64,000 nucleotides of DNA from Protoeuglena noctilucae. Its lineage: Eukaryota. The stretch is taken from NCBI GenBank assembly GCA_958009085.1, contig OY253668.1:1674001-1738000 (forward strand). The letters are read 5' to 3'. Shown in pieces: positions 52,383 to 64,000 of the stretch; positions within the stretch are counted from its first letter, which is position 1, and every line of letters starts with the position of its first letter. The notes beneath the pieces are model-generated. The model was not told the DNA's origin. It was given only the letters and a program-made list of their open reading frames with translations, and searched no databases. The translations under genes were made by a program, and so were the position numbers.

Positions 52383-54004
52383 TTACGCGCGCCCACGCCT
52401 ATCCCAGTCCCTATCCCCACCCCTGCTCCTATCCCTCTCGTACCCCCGCTCCAACTCACGCTCCCTCCTATCGTCCCTCCCCCTCGCCTCCCTGCTCCTC
52501 TCCCTATCCCTCTCGTGCCCCCGCTCCCACTCACGCTCCCTCCTCCTATTATCCCCACCCCTCTCTCTCTCGTCCCTGCCCCTCTCCCTGCCCCTCTCAG
52601 ACCCACCGTCCCTGCCGCCCTCCCTCCACCCTCCTCGCTCCCCGCCCCGGTACCCACTCTTCTCTCCGCGGCCGCGCCCCTCCCCAGGTGCGCCTGCCTC
52701 ACGCCCCGCATCCCCACTGGGCCCCCCGCGCCCACCACGCCCTCGCCCGTTAGGCGACGCTCCTCGCGACCCACCCGACGAATCCGAGGAGCTGTCGCTC
52801 GTCGCGGCCCCTCTCCGGCGCTCCTCCTTCCTGCGCCGTTTCTCCTCTCGCTTCATTGCCTTCTGTGGCCGCGGTAGAGCGCAGAAGAATTGCCACCATC
52901 CTGCCTCTACACACCGTCATGCCACATGCGACCTCCCCTGTCATCGATGGGAAGCGTGGCAAGCGTATACCAACGCCACGGGTGCGTCTTTTGACACGCG
53001 ATGCATCGCGACTCGCCTCGGCCCTTTTCTTCTCCTTTCGCTCTCGTTTCTCGGCCTTGCGCCGCTGACGCTCGTCTTCGCGGCTCGGCGCGGGCTCCTG
53101 GGACCGTCCGGCAGGGCGCGAAACGTCCGTCCCTCTGCTCGTTCCAGACGGCCGGGGCTCGTCGGCGGGCGGACCCGGCAGCTCTCGGGAGACGGTGGAA
53201 GGGTCCGCGACGAATTGCCGCGTCCCCGTCGTCATCCCCGCCGTCCCGGGAGCCCGACCACCGAGACCGCGGTGCTCCTCAGCGTTGCTGAAACCTGCAG
53301 GGATGGCACAGGCAGCCGAAGGGCGTCGCTCGCGGCGCGGAAGCACTTCCCAACTTGAGCTGCGGAAATGAGCTGCGGAGGGCCCTCAAGCCCCATGATG
53401 CACCTGCCGCGCCCTCCGCCTCCGCCTCGGCGCCCTTCCCCATCAACTGGTCCAGCTCTCGCTTGTCGAGCTGCCCCTGCGGCAGCACCTTCTCCTTCGG
53501 CTTGATCCCCAGCGCCTCATCGATCATCTCGCGCTGCGGTGGAGGCATGGGAAGAGGCGATGCGGCGCACGTGGTACAATCGAGTCACTCGCATCCGAGC
53601 AAACGCGCTGGCGACGCTGCGGGGACCCACACGCTCTGCCCCACCTCGCGCTGCTTGATGAAGGCCAACTCGTCCTCCTGCTGCTGCTCGGCAGCCTTAT
53701 CTCGCGTGTACCAGTAGACGTCCTTTCCCTTCGTCCACGCTCCCGCCAGCGCGTGCACGCTGCGGGCAGGAACGCTCTGGGCCAGCTTCCCTTCCTCCGC
53801 CCTTCCAGCCTGGTGGGTCCGCGCAAGGTTCGGCTGCCGCAAGCGCGCCAACCGGACAACAGCCAACTTGCAAGCTCGCCTCGCGCCCAGGTAGTGGTCC
53901 CGCTCGTTCTGGGGCATGGCCTTCACGTCCGCCCAGTTGAACTGGTCGCGGCCACCGCGCGCCCCCTCCCGCGAGGGCTCCATGGGCAAGCCTCGCTTCA
54001 CCAT
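52383..54004 (-). CDS. MMTAG2/C1orf35-like protein with RE/RD-rich C-terminus
   Basis: PSREGARGGRDQFNWADVK, HYLGA|SVHALAGAWTKGKDVYWY and MIDEALGIKP motifs. An alternative start lies at 53983. Confidence 0.85.
52428..52544. repeat. 42-bp coding duplication (offset 75) in the RE-rich tail
   Basis: cctatccctctcgtRcccccgctccMactcacgctccctcct at 52428-52469 and 52503-52544. Confidence 0.8.
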
Positions 54005-54529
54005 GACGGCCACTTGCAGCTGGGGACGGCGCCACGCCCTGGGATTTCAACAAGAATGCAGAAAGGCACCTGCCCTCGCCCCAATCCTGAGGCCACTCGC
54101 GCAGGAGGTCCGCGTCAACAACCTACGCAAAGGGAAATGCTTGTTTCACCGTCGCGCCTCTCCAGTAATCCCCTCGGCTTCAATTGCCCGCCCCTGACAG
54201 ACGGGGCTGTGTTCATGGAGCGTGCGGCCGACGCAGCCCTCAGAAACGCGCTCCAAGCACACCGCGTTATGAGCACTCATTCCCTCTGCACCTGACTCCA
54301 GGCACTTGACTTTCCTTTTCACACACCCGCCTCCCCCGCCTTCTCCACTTTACAGAACTCCTCTTACCTCCCCTGCCCGCGCCCGGGCTCCCGCTGCGTG
54401 TTGGCGAGTCAGGTTACTTTATAACAGCCTCCAGCCCGCCGCGCATCCCTAGGCGGCGGCTAGGCGCCGAGCAGCGTTTGAGTTGCGTCGCTTCGTGTTG
54501 GCGGGACCCGTGCCGGGCGCGCGGCGCCC

Positions 54530-57067
54530 ATGTCTTCGCGGAGCCCCCTCCGAGGCAGCTCCCTCTATAACTCCGCGTCCGGCAGCGCGGGGTATCCAAG
54601 CGTCCAGGCCGTCGGGGGCTTCAAGTCCACCAAGCCCGCCACTCCGGCTCGCAAGCGGTCCGCGGACCCCGAAGGCGCGCCCGAGGCCGGGGCCAAGCGT
54701 GGCAAGGATGAGCGCGTTATCGACGCCCACATCGGTGCGTGCGCGGAGCTGGCACGCGCCGACGGTGGTGTGCATGCCACCCTAGCGCAAAAATTCACAG
54801 CTGACACCCACCTGCGCCCGCAGGGCTTGGGAGCCTCAGCGAGCGCTCCCTGACCAGCCACGCCGCGCGCGACTCGTCCATAGCGTCTCCTCAGGACGCC
54901 CCGTGCCGTGCGCTCGTGGGTTGCCCGGGAGCGTCGCTCCTCGACTCCCTCGCTCTCGAAGCGAGCCGGCCTGCGCCGCAAGACGCAGCGGGCGGCCCGA
55001 GCGGCACGTCTGCGTTCCCGGAAGACTTCCTCGCGACGCTCAGGTGTGAGGCCGGTCCAGGATTCGACTTCCCAACGGTTGTCGTGCGCAGCATAGCTCA
55101 CGCTGGAAAGCGCGGAGTGCCTTTGCAGTAGAGGGTCGGCAGGGCCTGACGTGGTGGACGTGAATGCGAACTTTACCCTGCTCCGTGTCGCAGGGCCCGG
55201 AAGGAGGGTCGCACCGCACCGGCAGCGTCGGCGGACATCGCGCGTCTCCTCGCATCGTCCAACCGTATCATCGTCGCCCCTCGGGAGAACCCAACCGACG
55301 CAGCCGCGCAGCGCTCGAGGCGAGTTGTCCGGCGCGGCCGCTTCGGAAGACTCGCAATCAATCACTGCATGCCGTCTTCGCGCTTTGCCGTGGGTCCGCC
55401 ACCCCATCAGACATCCGCCCCCCGCGCCCCTTTACCACCCCAGGGCTCCCGCGGGTCCCCCACCCGAGCGCCGCGTCCCCTGCGACCCGTCGTCCCTCCC
55501 TCTAGACCTCTCCATCCACGCACGCCTCACCGTCTCGATCCCCGGTCCCCTCCGCCCCACTCCCGCGGACGCTGCGGGCCCGCGGTGGCCCCTGCACCGC
55601 GCGGCGGGCGTCCTGGGACCCCGCGCGGCCCGCCTGGCCTCGGCTTGCGGGGTTTGGAGCTTCCCGGGCCATTCAATGGACCCTACGCATGTGTTGGCGG
55701 TCGAGGAGGCAGATGCCGGTGAGAGATGCATGGGGCTGGCATCATGGCCTTGCTATCTTCGTACGCTGTCTTTATTGTCCCGGCCTTTCCTGATGTCCTC
55801 TCTGTTGTCTCTAGCCCGGCACCCATCCACATGCTCGTGCGACATGCTCGCGCGCGTCGCTTGTGTTGTTGCTACGTGTGTCACCACCCAGCCTCGCCTC
55901 GCCTCGCAGCTGCGGCCCAGGAGGCGGCCAAGGAGCGGCAGGGGCAGTACCGGAGAGTCGCGGGGCAGGCCGAGGTCCTGGCGGAGGCGCAGAGGTGACA
56001 GCCCAGTCCACCATGCGTGGTTGCAGTCGTGACAATAACTGCTTGGCTTGGTCACAACCACCACCCGCCCGAGCGGTGCGGGAGTGGTGGATGCGATGGG
56101 TCGTCAGCGATCTAATCCTATGCTTCTCGTGGCTCCTGTGCCCCCAGGACGTCGACGTTCATGGCCCGTCGCCGCGCCACGTTTGGGGAGGCCCTTGCGT
56201 CCGCGTTTGAGCTGGTTAAGCAAGGGGCCGTCCGGTGCGTGCACGTGCTGCCGCCGCCGGGATCGGCGTTCACCGGGAGTGTCGCATTTATTGCCAAGGG
56301 TCAGGGCATGCCGCGGCTGACAGCGGTCGTCACGCGAAGCACTGCCCACGTACGGGGTCTGGTGGCCCAGGCGGGCGTGCGCTTCTGGGCGCCGCTCGCG
56401 GACCGGGCGCAGCGGGAGGCCATGGCGGAGGGGTGAGGCGGTTCTTTGATCGGGGAACTGTGCTACAAGGGCTGCTAGTACCACCGCTCTCACGGCATAC
56501 GGTGGGCACCATACCATGAGCTTTAAATGCAAGGGGCGCTGCTGTGGTATTCCCAATGAAGTCATGACCACCTTTCCCCGCTCCCCCCGTCGCAGGACGG
56601 TCGATGGCGCCGCAGTGGACAGGACACGAGCGTCGTTGCTGCTGGCCCAGGGGTCACGGAGCTGTGGGGCGTTGGCGGGGCTGCTGGTGGCCGCCCACGC
56701 GGACGTCTACCGCGGCCGGGCGTCCAGCGGCGGGGTCGTGGACGTGCCGAGGGTCCTCGCGGCCGCGCCGTTCGCCGGGGCGGTTGCGACGGCGCCGACC
56801 GTGTCGTCAAGAGCGGAGGGCGGGGGGATGCGGGTCGAGGTGGCGGGGGCGGTGCCGGCGTGGGTTCTGCCGGCGCTGATGGAGGAGCTGGGTACGGCAG
56901 GGGGCGCGAGGGTGGAAGGGGCCGGGGGCGCGACGGCCGCGGAGTGGGCGGACGCAGTGGCGGCGCTCGACGGACTGCCCGGCGCAGCCTCGCGCGGGAC
57001 GTGCGCGGTTGTGCGGGTTGTCGAGAGCGTGGACGATAAGGGGTGGATGGCAACCTTGCAGGAGTGA
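54530..57067 (+). CDS. DONSON: DONSON (downstream neighbour of SON)-like replication protein
   Basis: LPLDLSIHARLTV, FGEALASAF, AVVTRST..VR, LLLAQG....AL...L, DVPRVLAAAPF and EVAGAVP resemble conserved DONSON blocks. Confidence 0.7.
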
Positions 57068-57257
57068 TTTCGATGGTTCTGGTCCTGTTTCTTGCATGGA
57101 ATGTGCCGGAGGAATGAGTTTTAAACCCGCCGCGCACTCCTGCGGAGACAGATTTGAAGTGTGAGAATATCGAGCGCACTCCTGTCGCGAGAGCCGAGCG
57201 AACGAGACCGCGAGAGCACAGAGAGCGCACTTGGCGCGGACTTCGCACGGTGGAGCG

Positions 57258-60200
57258 ATGGCGCCGCCCATCGGCATTGACCTGGGCACCACGTACAGCT
57301 GCGTGGGTATCTGGAAGAATGACAGGTGAGCGTGCGACTGCAAGCGAGTCCTCGCGAGTCCAGAGCAGGTTATCGCTCAGCGCGCACCAGCACCCCCTCT
57401 CGCGCGCTCTCCGCCCACGTTCGCTCCCCGCCCACGTTCGCAGGGTGGAAATCATTGCGAGTGAGACGGGTAACCGGACCGTCCCGAGCTATGTCGCGTT
57501 CACGGACACCGAGCGGCTGATCGGCGATGGTGAGCTTCTAGACCCTCGTCCGCCGTATCGACAGCATCGGCTGCCTTCGCATGTGGATGACTCTGTTTGT
57601 TACGACATCTGTTTTCTCGGCCGCGTTGCTGCGCCCGGGATTGCGGCGGCCATCTTGCGCGATGGCCGGAGTGCAGCCTGCTCCGCCCCACTCCCGCGCT
57701 CCCGCTGACCGATCCCGCCCTACCGTTGCCTCGCAGCTGCGAAAAATCAGGTGGCAATGAACCCCGAGAACACCGTGTTCGACGCCAAGCGCCTCATCGG
57801 CCGCAAGTTCAGCGACCCGAGCGTCCAGAGCGACATGAAGCACTGGCCCTTCCAAGTGGTCCCCGGCGACGCGGGCAAGCCGAGCGTGCGCGTCCGGTTC
57901 AAGGGCCAGACCAAGACGTTCTCGCCGGAGGAGATCTCCGCGATGGTGCTGACCAAGGTGAGCTTATGTGCTACGGCATGGCGTTCGTGCTGCTGCAGCC
58001 CCAGCGTGCTTGCCCATCATGCCTGCCCATCACAGCACGTTCGGCACGGTTTGGCCCCCAACAACATCCCATGTTGCCGGCTCTTCTGGCCCGCTCTGGA
58101 GAACACAGACAAACACAGAACGGGCAAGCACGGAACGCAAGGTCTCTCTTCGCGCTCTTGCAGATGAAGGAGATCGCGGAGTCGTACCTGGGAGAGCGCG
58201 TGAAGGACGCGGTGGTGACGGTCCCCGCCTACTTCAACGACTCGCAGCGGCAGGCGACCAAGGACGCGGGGGCCATCGCGGGGCTGACCGTGCTGCGGAT
58301 CATCAACGAGCCCACGGCCGCTGCCATCGCGTACGGTTTGGACAAGAAGGCCGAGCGGCGCGGCGAGCGCAACGTGCTCATCTTCGATTTGGGCGGCGGC
58401 ACGTTCGACGTCTCGCTCCTGGCAATCGAGGAGGGCATCTTCGAGGTCAAGGCGACGGCGGGCGACACGTATTTGGGCGGTGAGGACTTTGACAACCGAA
58501 TGGTGGCGCACTTCGTCGAGGAGTTCAAGCGCAAGCACAAGCGGGACCTGTCCGGCAACGCCCGCGCCCTCCGCCGGCTGCGCACGGCCTGCGAGCGTGC
58601 CAAGCGCACGCTGTCGTCCTCGACCCAGGCCAGCATCGAGATCGACTCGCTGTTCGACGGCATCGACTTCTTCACCAGCCTCTCACGCGCACGCTTCGAG
58701 GTGAGTGCAGCGGGTGGGGCTTTGATCCACCTGCGCCCTCGCCTGTCGGTACAGCACAGCACAGCGCAGCACACCACGATTGTCATCAACGTGCTCTTCC
58801 CATCTACTCCCACCCCGCAGGAGCTGAACATGGACCTGTTCCGCAAGTGCATGGACCCCGTGGACAAGGTCCTGCGGGACGCCAAGATGGACAAGAGCAA
58901 GATCCACGATGTCGTGCTGGTAGGCGGGTCGACGCGGATCCCGAAAGTGCAGCAGCTGTTGCAGGATTATTTCAACGGCAAGGAGCTGTGCAAGAGCATC
59001 AACCCCGACGAGGCCGTGGCGTACGGGGCGGCGGTGCAGGCGGCGATCCTTGGGGGCGAGACGAGTTCGAAGGTACAGGACCTCCTGCTGCTGGATGTGA
59101 CGCCGCTGTCGCTGGGCCTGGAGACGGCCGGCGGGGTCATGACGGTGCTCATCCCGCGCAACACGACGGTGCCGACCAAGAAGGAGCAGGTCTTCTCGAC
59201 TTTCTCTGACAACCAGGCGAGTGGGTGATCTGGGGGTGATGGGGGTGGTGGTGCGGGTGGTGATGGGGGTGATGATGGGGGTGTGATGGGGGTTATGGTG
59301 GGAGCGATGATGGGGGTGGTCATGCAGTGCTGTACACCAAGAGAGCGATGCGTGCATGGCGTGAGTACGCATCGTGCTGCGTGGGTGTTGGTGCCTTCGT
59401 GCCGCACCGGCGCACCTGCAACACTATCTAAGCTCTCTCCCCAACCCGCAGACGGCCGTTACGATTCAGGTCTTCGAGGGCGAGCGCTCCATGACGAGGG
59501 ACAACCACCCGCTGGGGAAGTTCGACTTGACGGGCATCCCGCCCGCGCCCCGCGGCGTGCCCCAGATCTCCGTCACGTTCGACATTGACGCGAACGGCAT
59601 CCTGAACGTGTCTGCGGAGGATAAGACGACCGGGCGGCACTCGAAGATCACGATCACCAACGACAAGGGGCGCTTGAGCAAGGACGACATTGAGCGCATG
59701 GTGCAGGTGCGGGGTGGGTGGCTGAGGGTGCATGGTAGTGGCATGGCAGGGACTGTGACTGTGGCTGCTGGCAGTATTGGAAAGGCACCACGATGCAGTG
59801 GACTATGTGATGGGTCAGTCCAACTGACCTACAGCAGCACGCGTGACTGTTGATATTGACGCCTGTCGCCTTTGTGCTCGTTTGTCACGCAGGAGGCGGA
59901 GAGGTACAGGGCGGAGGACGAGAGCCACAAGGAGAAGATCGAGGCGAAGAACACGCTCGAGAACTACGCCTACTCGATGCGCAACACGGTGCGGGACGAC
60001 AAGGTGCAGATGTCAGCGGTGAGTGGCAGAGTGGCTGATGTGCGATGACAGGGTGTGAGATGACAAAGTGCAGATCGCACAGGTGAGTGGCTGAGCGGGG
60101 AGGGAGCGGGGTGCGGGGTGAGACGTGGGGTCAAGGGTGAGGTGCTGGGCAGGATGGGGGCTGAAGGGTGGGAGGTGGAGTGAGTGCTTGGCAGGGTGGG

Positions 60201-60614
60201 GGGCAAGGCACAAGGCAGGATACTCTGGGCCCTGCAGAGCACTGCGCCCTTCGCAGCAGCAGGCTGGGTGCATGCTCCGCCCAGGGCAGTTGCTATCTAC
60301 TACCCCCGCCACCCTCTCTGACACCCTTTCCGACAATCCCCGTTTCTGGCACCTCATTGCAGGAGGACAAGAGCCGCGTGGAGGAGGAGGTGCGGCGCGT
60401 CATCGACTGGGTGGAGCACAACCCCATCGCCGAGAAGGCTGAATACGAGGCGAAGCAGAGGGAGCTGGAGGCCATTTGCACCCCCATCATCACGCGCATG
60501 TACGAGGGCGGGGGTGGGGGCGGGGGCGCGAGTGCGCATGTCAGGGCGACGGCGGGTGGGGACATGCCGGGGGCCGGAGGGGCTGGTGGGCCAACGGTGG
60601 AGGAGGTGGACTGA
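57258..60614 (+). CDS. HSP70: Cytosolic HSP70
   Basis: [54 protein letters not shown] and C-terminal GPTVEEVD; 8 exons. Confidence 0.98.
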
Positions 60615-61191
60615 GAGGGAGCGGGGGATTAGATGACAGGGGTGGGCTGGTCATGGTTGGGGAGGAGGTGGATTGAGCGGGGAGTGGTGGTGGAGTGGTG
60701 GGGGTGAGGGCTTGGAGAGCAAGGCGCATGTGTATCTTTTCTTAGAACAACAACAACTCTTTGTTAGCTTCCTTTCCTATCCATCAGCGCGGAATGTTTG
60801 CTTGACGCGCGTACCTGTCTAGCGCATTTGGCGCACCGCACTCGCGAGCGGGCACCTGGCATGCAACGGACCCAGCCCCTTGTTTGTTTCTTTCTAACAG
60901 CGCATGTCCCCCTTTGGCATGGCATTTACGCTTAATTGGCCCCGTACGCATGGCCGAGCACAGCTTGCGCCCTCTGAAGCCTTGCAGCGCCATTTCAAAA
61001 CCCACAACAGCGCCACCCGCAACAACCACGCACATGTTTGGCTCCTGACCCACCCCCACAGCACACCCCACAGCACTGGTGCATATACTGTACATACGAC
61101 TGCCATTACAGGAAGCCCCCTGCATCACTCCAACCCCCACACACCACTCCACACCACACAGCATGCCCGCTGCACCCAACCCAACCCCCGC

Positions 61192-63560
61192 TCACTCCTC
61201 CCCGCCGTCCTCAAAGTATAGCGGCTTGTGCACATCCGGGTACTGCCACGGGCAGAACGCCAGCCCCTCTTCCCCATCATCCTCCTCCTCACCCTCCCCC
61301 GCACCCGCCCCCGCGTCCCCGTCGCCACCCTTGGCCGGTGCAGGCAGTGGGGTCATGTCCCGCCCCCGCCATTCGTACCACGGGAATTCCGACTCTTCCG
61401 GCTCCCCCTCGACGATCGTAAACCCCGACTTGACCTCCTTGAACCACGCAGGCTCCCACTTGTCCCCACGCTCCGCGCGCACCTGGGGAGGGTGGTGGAT
61501 GGGGTTAGTGAGTGAATGGAGGGTGGTGGTCGTGTTGAGGTGGAGAGGTGGCTGAACGAGGATTGGAGGTGTGAAAAGGATTTGCCAGATGTATCGACAT
61601 ATGCCAACGCCACGCATACCATACCACATCCCCCACCCACCTTGCGCTCCAGCCGCTGCATCTCCTCCACGAATGTCTTGGCCGCCTGGGCGAGGCCATT
61701 CTCCCCAATCTCCAAGTGGTACCTGCGCATGGGACACCAGCACATGATATGTCACATGTCACGTCAGTGCATGATGCTGCCAGGAAATCCTGAAAGCTAG
61801 TTCCATCGCGCATGGCTGCAGCACAACAACACTGCTGTGCTGCTTGCACCCCACCCCGCACACCACCACAGCCCTCCTCCCTCCACCCCCGCGCATCTGT
61901 CACGCCTCCCACAACCCCACCCCTCCACCCCCCCGCACCTGTCCGGCCGCCTTCGCGAGTCCGACGGCCGCGGGGAGAACCCCCTCGCGCGGTTGAGCTC
62001 CCGGGCAAAGTAGGTGAAGCCGTAAGGGTCGCCCTCCGGCTTGGCCCGCGCCTCCCACACCCGCTCGAACGCCCCCTGGGGCTCCCCGTCCTCGTCGCAC
62101 TTGGCGATCTCGCAGTTGGCGTTCCACTTGCCGCGCACCACCATCAGGCGCTTGCCGTCCGCGTCCGTCACGTGCCCGCTGAACTCGTACCGGCCCTGGG
62201 TGTGAGGGGTGGGAGGTGGGAGATGGGAGGTGAGACATGAGGGAGATGAGAGATGGGAAATGGGAGATGGGGGATGGGAGGTGGGAGATGAGAGGGGAGA
62301 GGGTTGGGAGGTGGGAGATTGGATATGAAAGAGGCAAGAGATGGGAGGTGGAAGGTGTGGGGGGTGTGGGGGGTGCCACATGTCAAGGGTGCGGGGTGAA
62401 GCGGCTGTCGGGGCGCCTTCGCTCGCTCGCCTGGGAGAGCCAGCCGCAGGGCGTGAACTCCAGCGCGCACTTGTATCCCGACGTGACGCTCCCGGCCTCG
62501 TAGGTGCCGTAGGTGTCGATCCAGGTGTAGCCCAGGATGATGTTGTGGGCCACGGTGGTGGGCGGGACGAGGTAATACTGCTCTCCCGTCGCCTTGACGG
62601 TGATGCGGCAGCGGTTGAGCGGGTAAACCTCGACGGAGTTGCCGAGGAACTTGGTCTTGGGCGCGGAGATGATCTGGTAGGTCCAGGCGGGTGCATCGGC
62701 GAACATGGCGGCGATGGGCGGGTGGTGCGACACCTGTTCCGCCATTAAATGCGCCCCCCGCTGCTCGTCGTGGTACTCGAACGTCTCTCCCAGAATGGGG
62801 TTGAAGGGCTTGTAGCACCGCTCGACGGCCCCGTACTGGGAGACGGCAAAGGCGACCACCAGGGCCAAACGCTCGGCGGGGTCGGCCGTTGCTGCCGCGC
62901 GGTCCATCAGATCCGCGTGCTCCATCACCTCCGCGACCTTCTGGAGAGTCGTGAAGGGCTCCATGAAGTAGACGGGCACGGACAGAAGGGACTGCGAACG
63001 GGGATGGTGGCGGTGCGATGGGGGCTTGCGTGCGCTACCGGGCTCGATTGGTGCGCCAGCATGGGCGTGGCTGCGCGACGGAGGCGTCGAGGGAGTGGGT
63101 GGGATGACGTGGAGGATTCGGTTCGAGTCGCGCCGGAGCCAGCATGTCTGGGAAAAAGGCGCACCTGGACATCCTGCCCGACAAAGTCGCGGATGGTGGA
63201 GAGGAAACTCGCGCGGCGCTCGTCGACCTTCGTGTCCGTCGGCTTAGCGCCTGACGGATCCACCACCTCCATCGCATCGAAGCCCAGAGATCTGCGGGCG
63301 CGGGTGCCGGCAGGAGGCGGGCGTTACGTCCGGCGGCAAGAACGGCGCGTGGCTGGCCGCGGCGGCGACCGCGACTATCGAGCACGCAAGGAGGGTGAGC
63401 AAAGAGCCGCAGAGTGATGGGCGGGCGCGGGCATCTGGCCGCGCCGCAACGCAACGCGGTGCCGGAGGCGACAACCGAGGGGCGGCCCCGGCCGCGCTCG
63501 CCCGATCGCCGCCATCCCGAGGAGGCGGCTGCCGCAGAAATTAACGGCCTCGCTGACCAT
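61192..63560 (-). CDS. Oxysterol-binding protein-related protein (ORP3-like)
   Basis: SLLSVPVYFMEPFTTLQK, KPFNPILGETF, EQVSHHPP, PSDSRRRPDR, EEMQR and FCPWQY motifs. Confidence 0.93.
62212..62352. repeat. Intronic degenerate (GGGAGAT/GGGAGGT)n low-complexity repeat
   Basis: gggagatgag/gtgggagatg units are repeated in the OSBP intron; they form a pyrimidine-rich tract on the sense strand. Confidence 0.75.
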
Positions 63561-64000
63561 GCAGGAGCACTCGCCCCGCAGCCTGGCGCGGGGCGGGTCA
63601 AAACATGGGCGCACACTCAGGTGAGGGCAGCGACGGGCTCCTCACTTGGAAATGCTGGACGTCACGTCGGAGAGCCAGCTCCCCCATGACTGGCCCGACA
63701 TTGTAAACGGATGGCAGAGCCTCTCGCGCCAACGGCGCTCCCTGCTGGCCCTGGCGGCTCAGGTCTGGTCACACGGAACGACCAGCTACGGCGCGGCTGG
63801 CCAACCCGGCTAATCAGACTGGATTGTTTTGGAGGCGTGTTATGTCCCGCAGCCGGTGGTCGCCGACTTCCGTCCGACAGGGGGCTTTCCCCACTGGCAC
63901 GAGTTCGTGGCTCCTGATGAGCCTGCGGCGCATCGCGACCCCTGCCTATCTCCGTCTTCGCGTTTGAGTGCCACAGGACACGGCCGGCGGTCTGAGCACC

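Noticed and set aside
57068..57257. Heat-shock elements upstream of HSP70
   Set aside because: There are scattered GAA/TTC triplets but no convincing array of three correctly spaced nGAAn units.

Overview
This is a GC-rich, gene-dense eukaryotic nuclear window, most consistent with a chlorophyte green alga. It has short spliceosomal introns, plastid and mitochondrial transit peptides and plant/algal gene families, and a 200-N assembly gap at 22589-22788. I reconstructed about 27 intron-split protein-coding genes by hand: a TmcB-like membrane protein, a CapA/PGA_cap metallophosphatase, COX16, HDC1/Rxt3, FPPS, TPT1, RPA3, a YqaJ-like nuclease, an ARM+BTB protein, a signal-peptide PP2C-EGF fusion, PI4K-gamma, DUF711, YjbQ, AGT, NDUFS6, NAD-MDH, SRP72, PRP43, DUF2301, enoyl-ACP reductase, bifunctional nuclease, mitochondrial L34, SYP61, MMTAG2, DONSON, HSP70 and an OSBP/ORP. 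No rRNA, tRNA, CRISPR array or mobile element is visible. The most interesting signals are: (1) diverged 'echo' copies of exon-intron junctions inside introns, five in the spliceosome helicase PRP43 and others in HSP70, YqaJ and OSBP; (2) about 17 GC-AG introns, mostly AG|GCGAG; (3) a COX16-CapA pair only 28 nt apart, a bicistronic or splice-fusion candidate; (4) an apparently secreted PP2C phosphatase fused to EGF repeats; (5) overlapping convergent TPT1/RPA3 coding ends. CDS coordinates span first to last exon. All family calls rest on motif recognition, not database searches.
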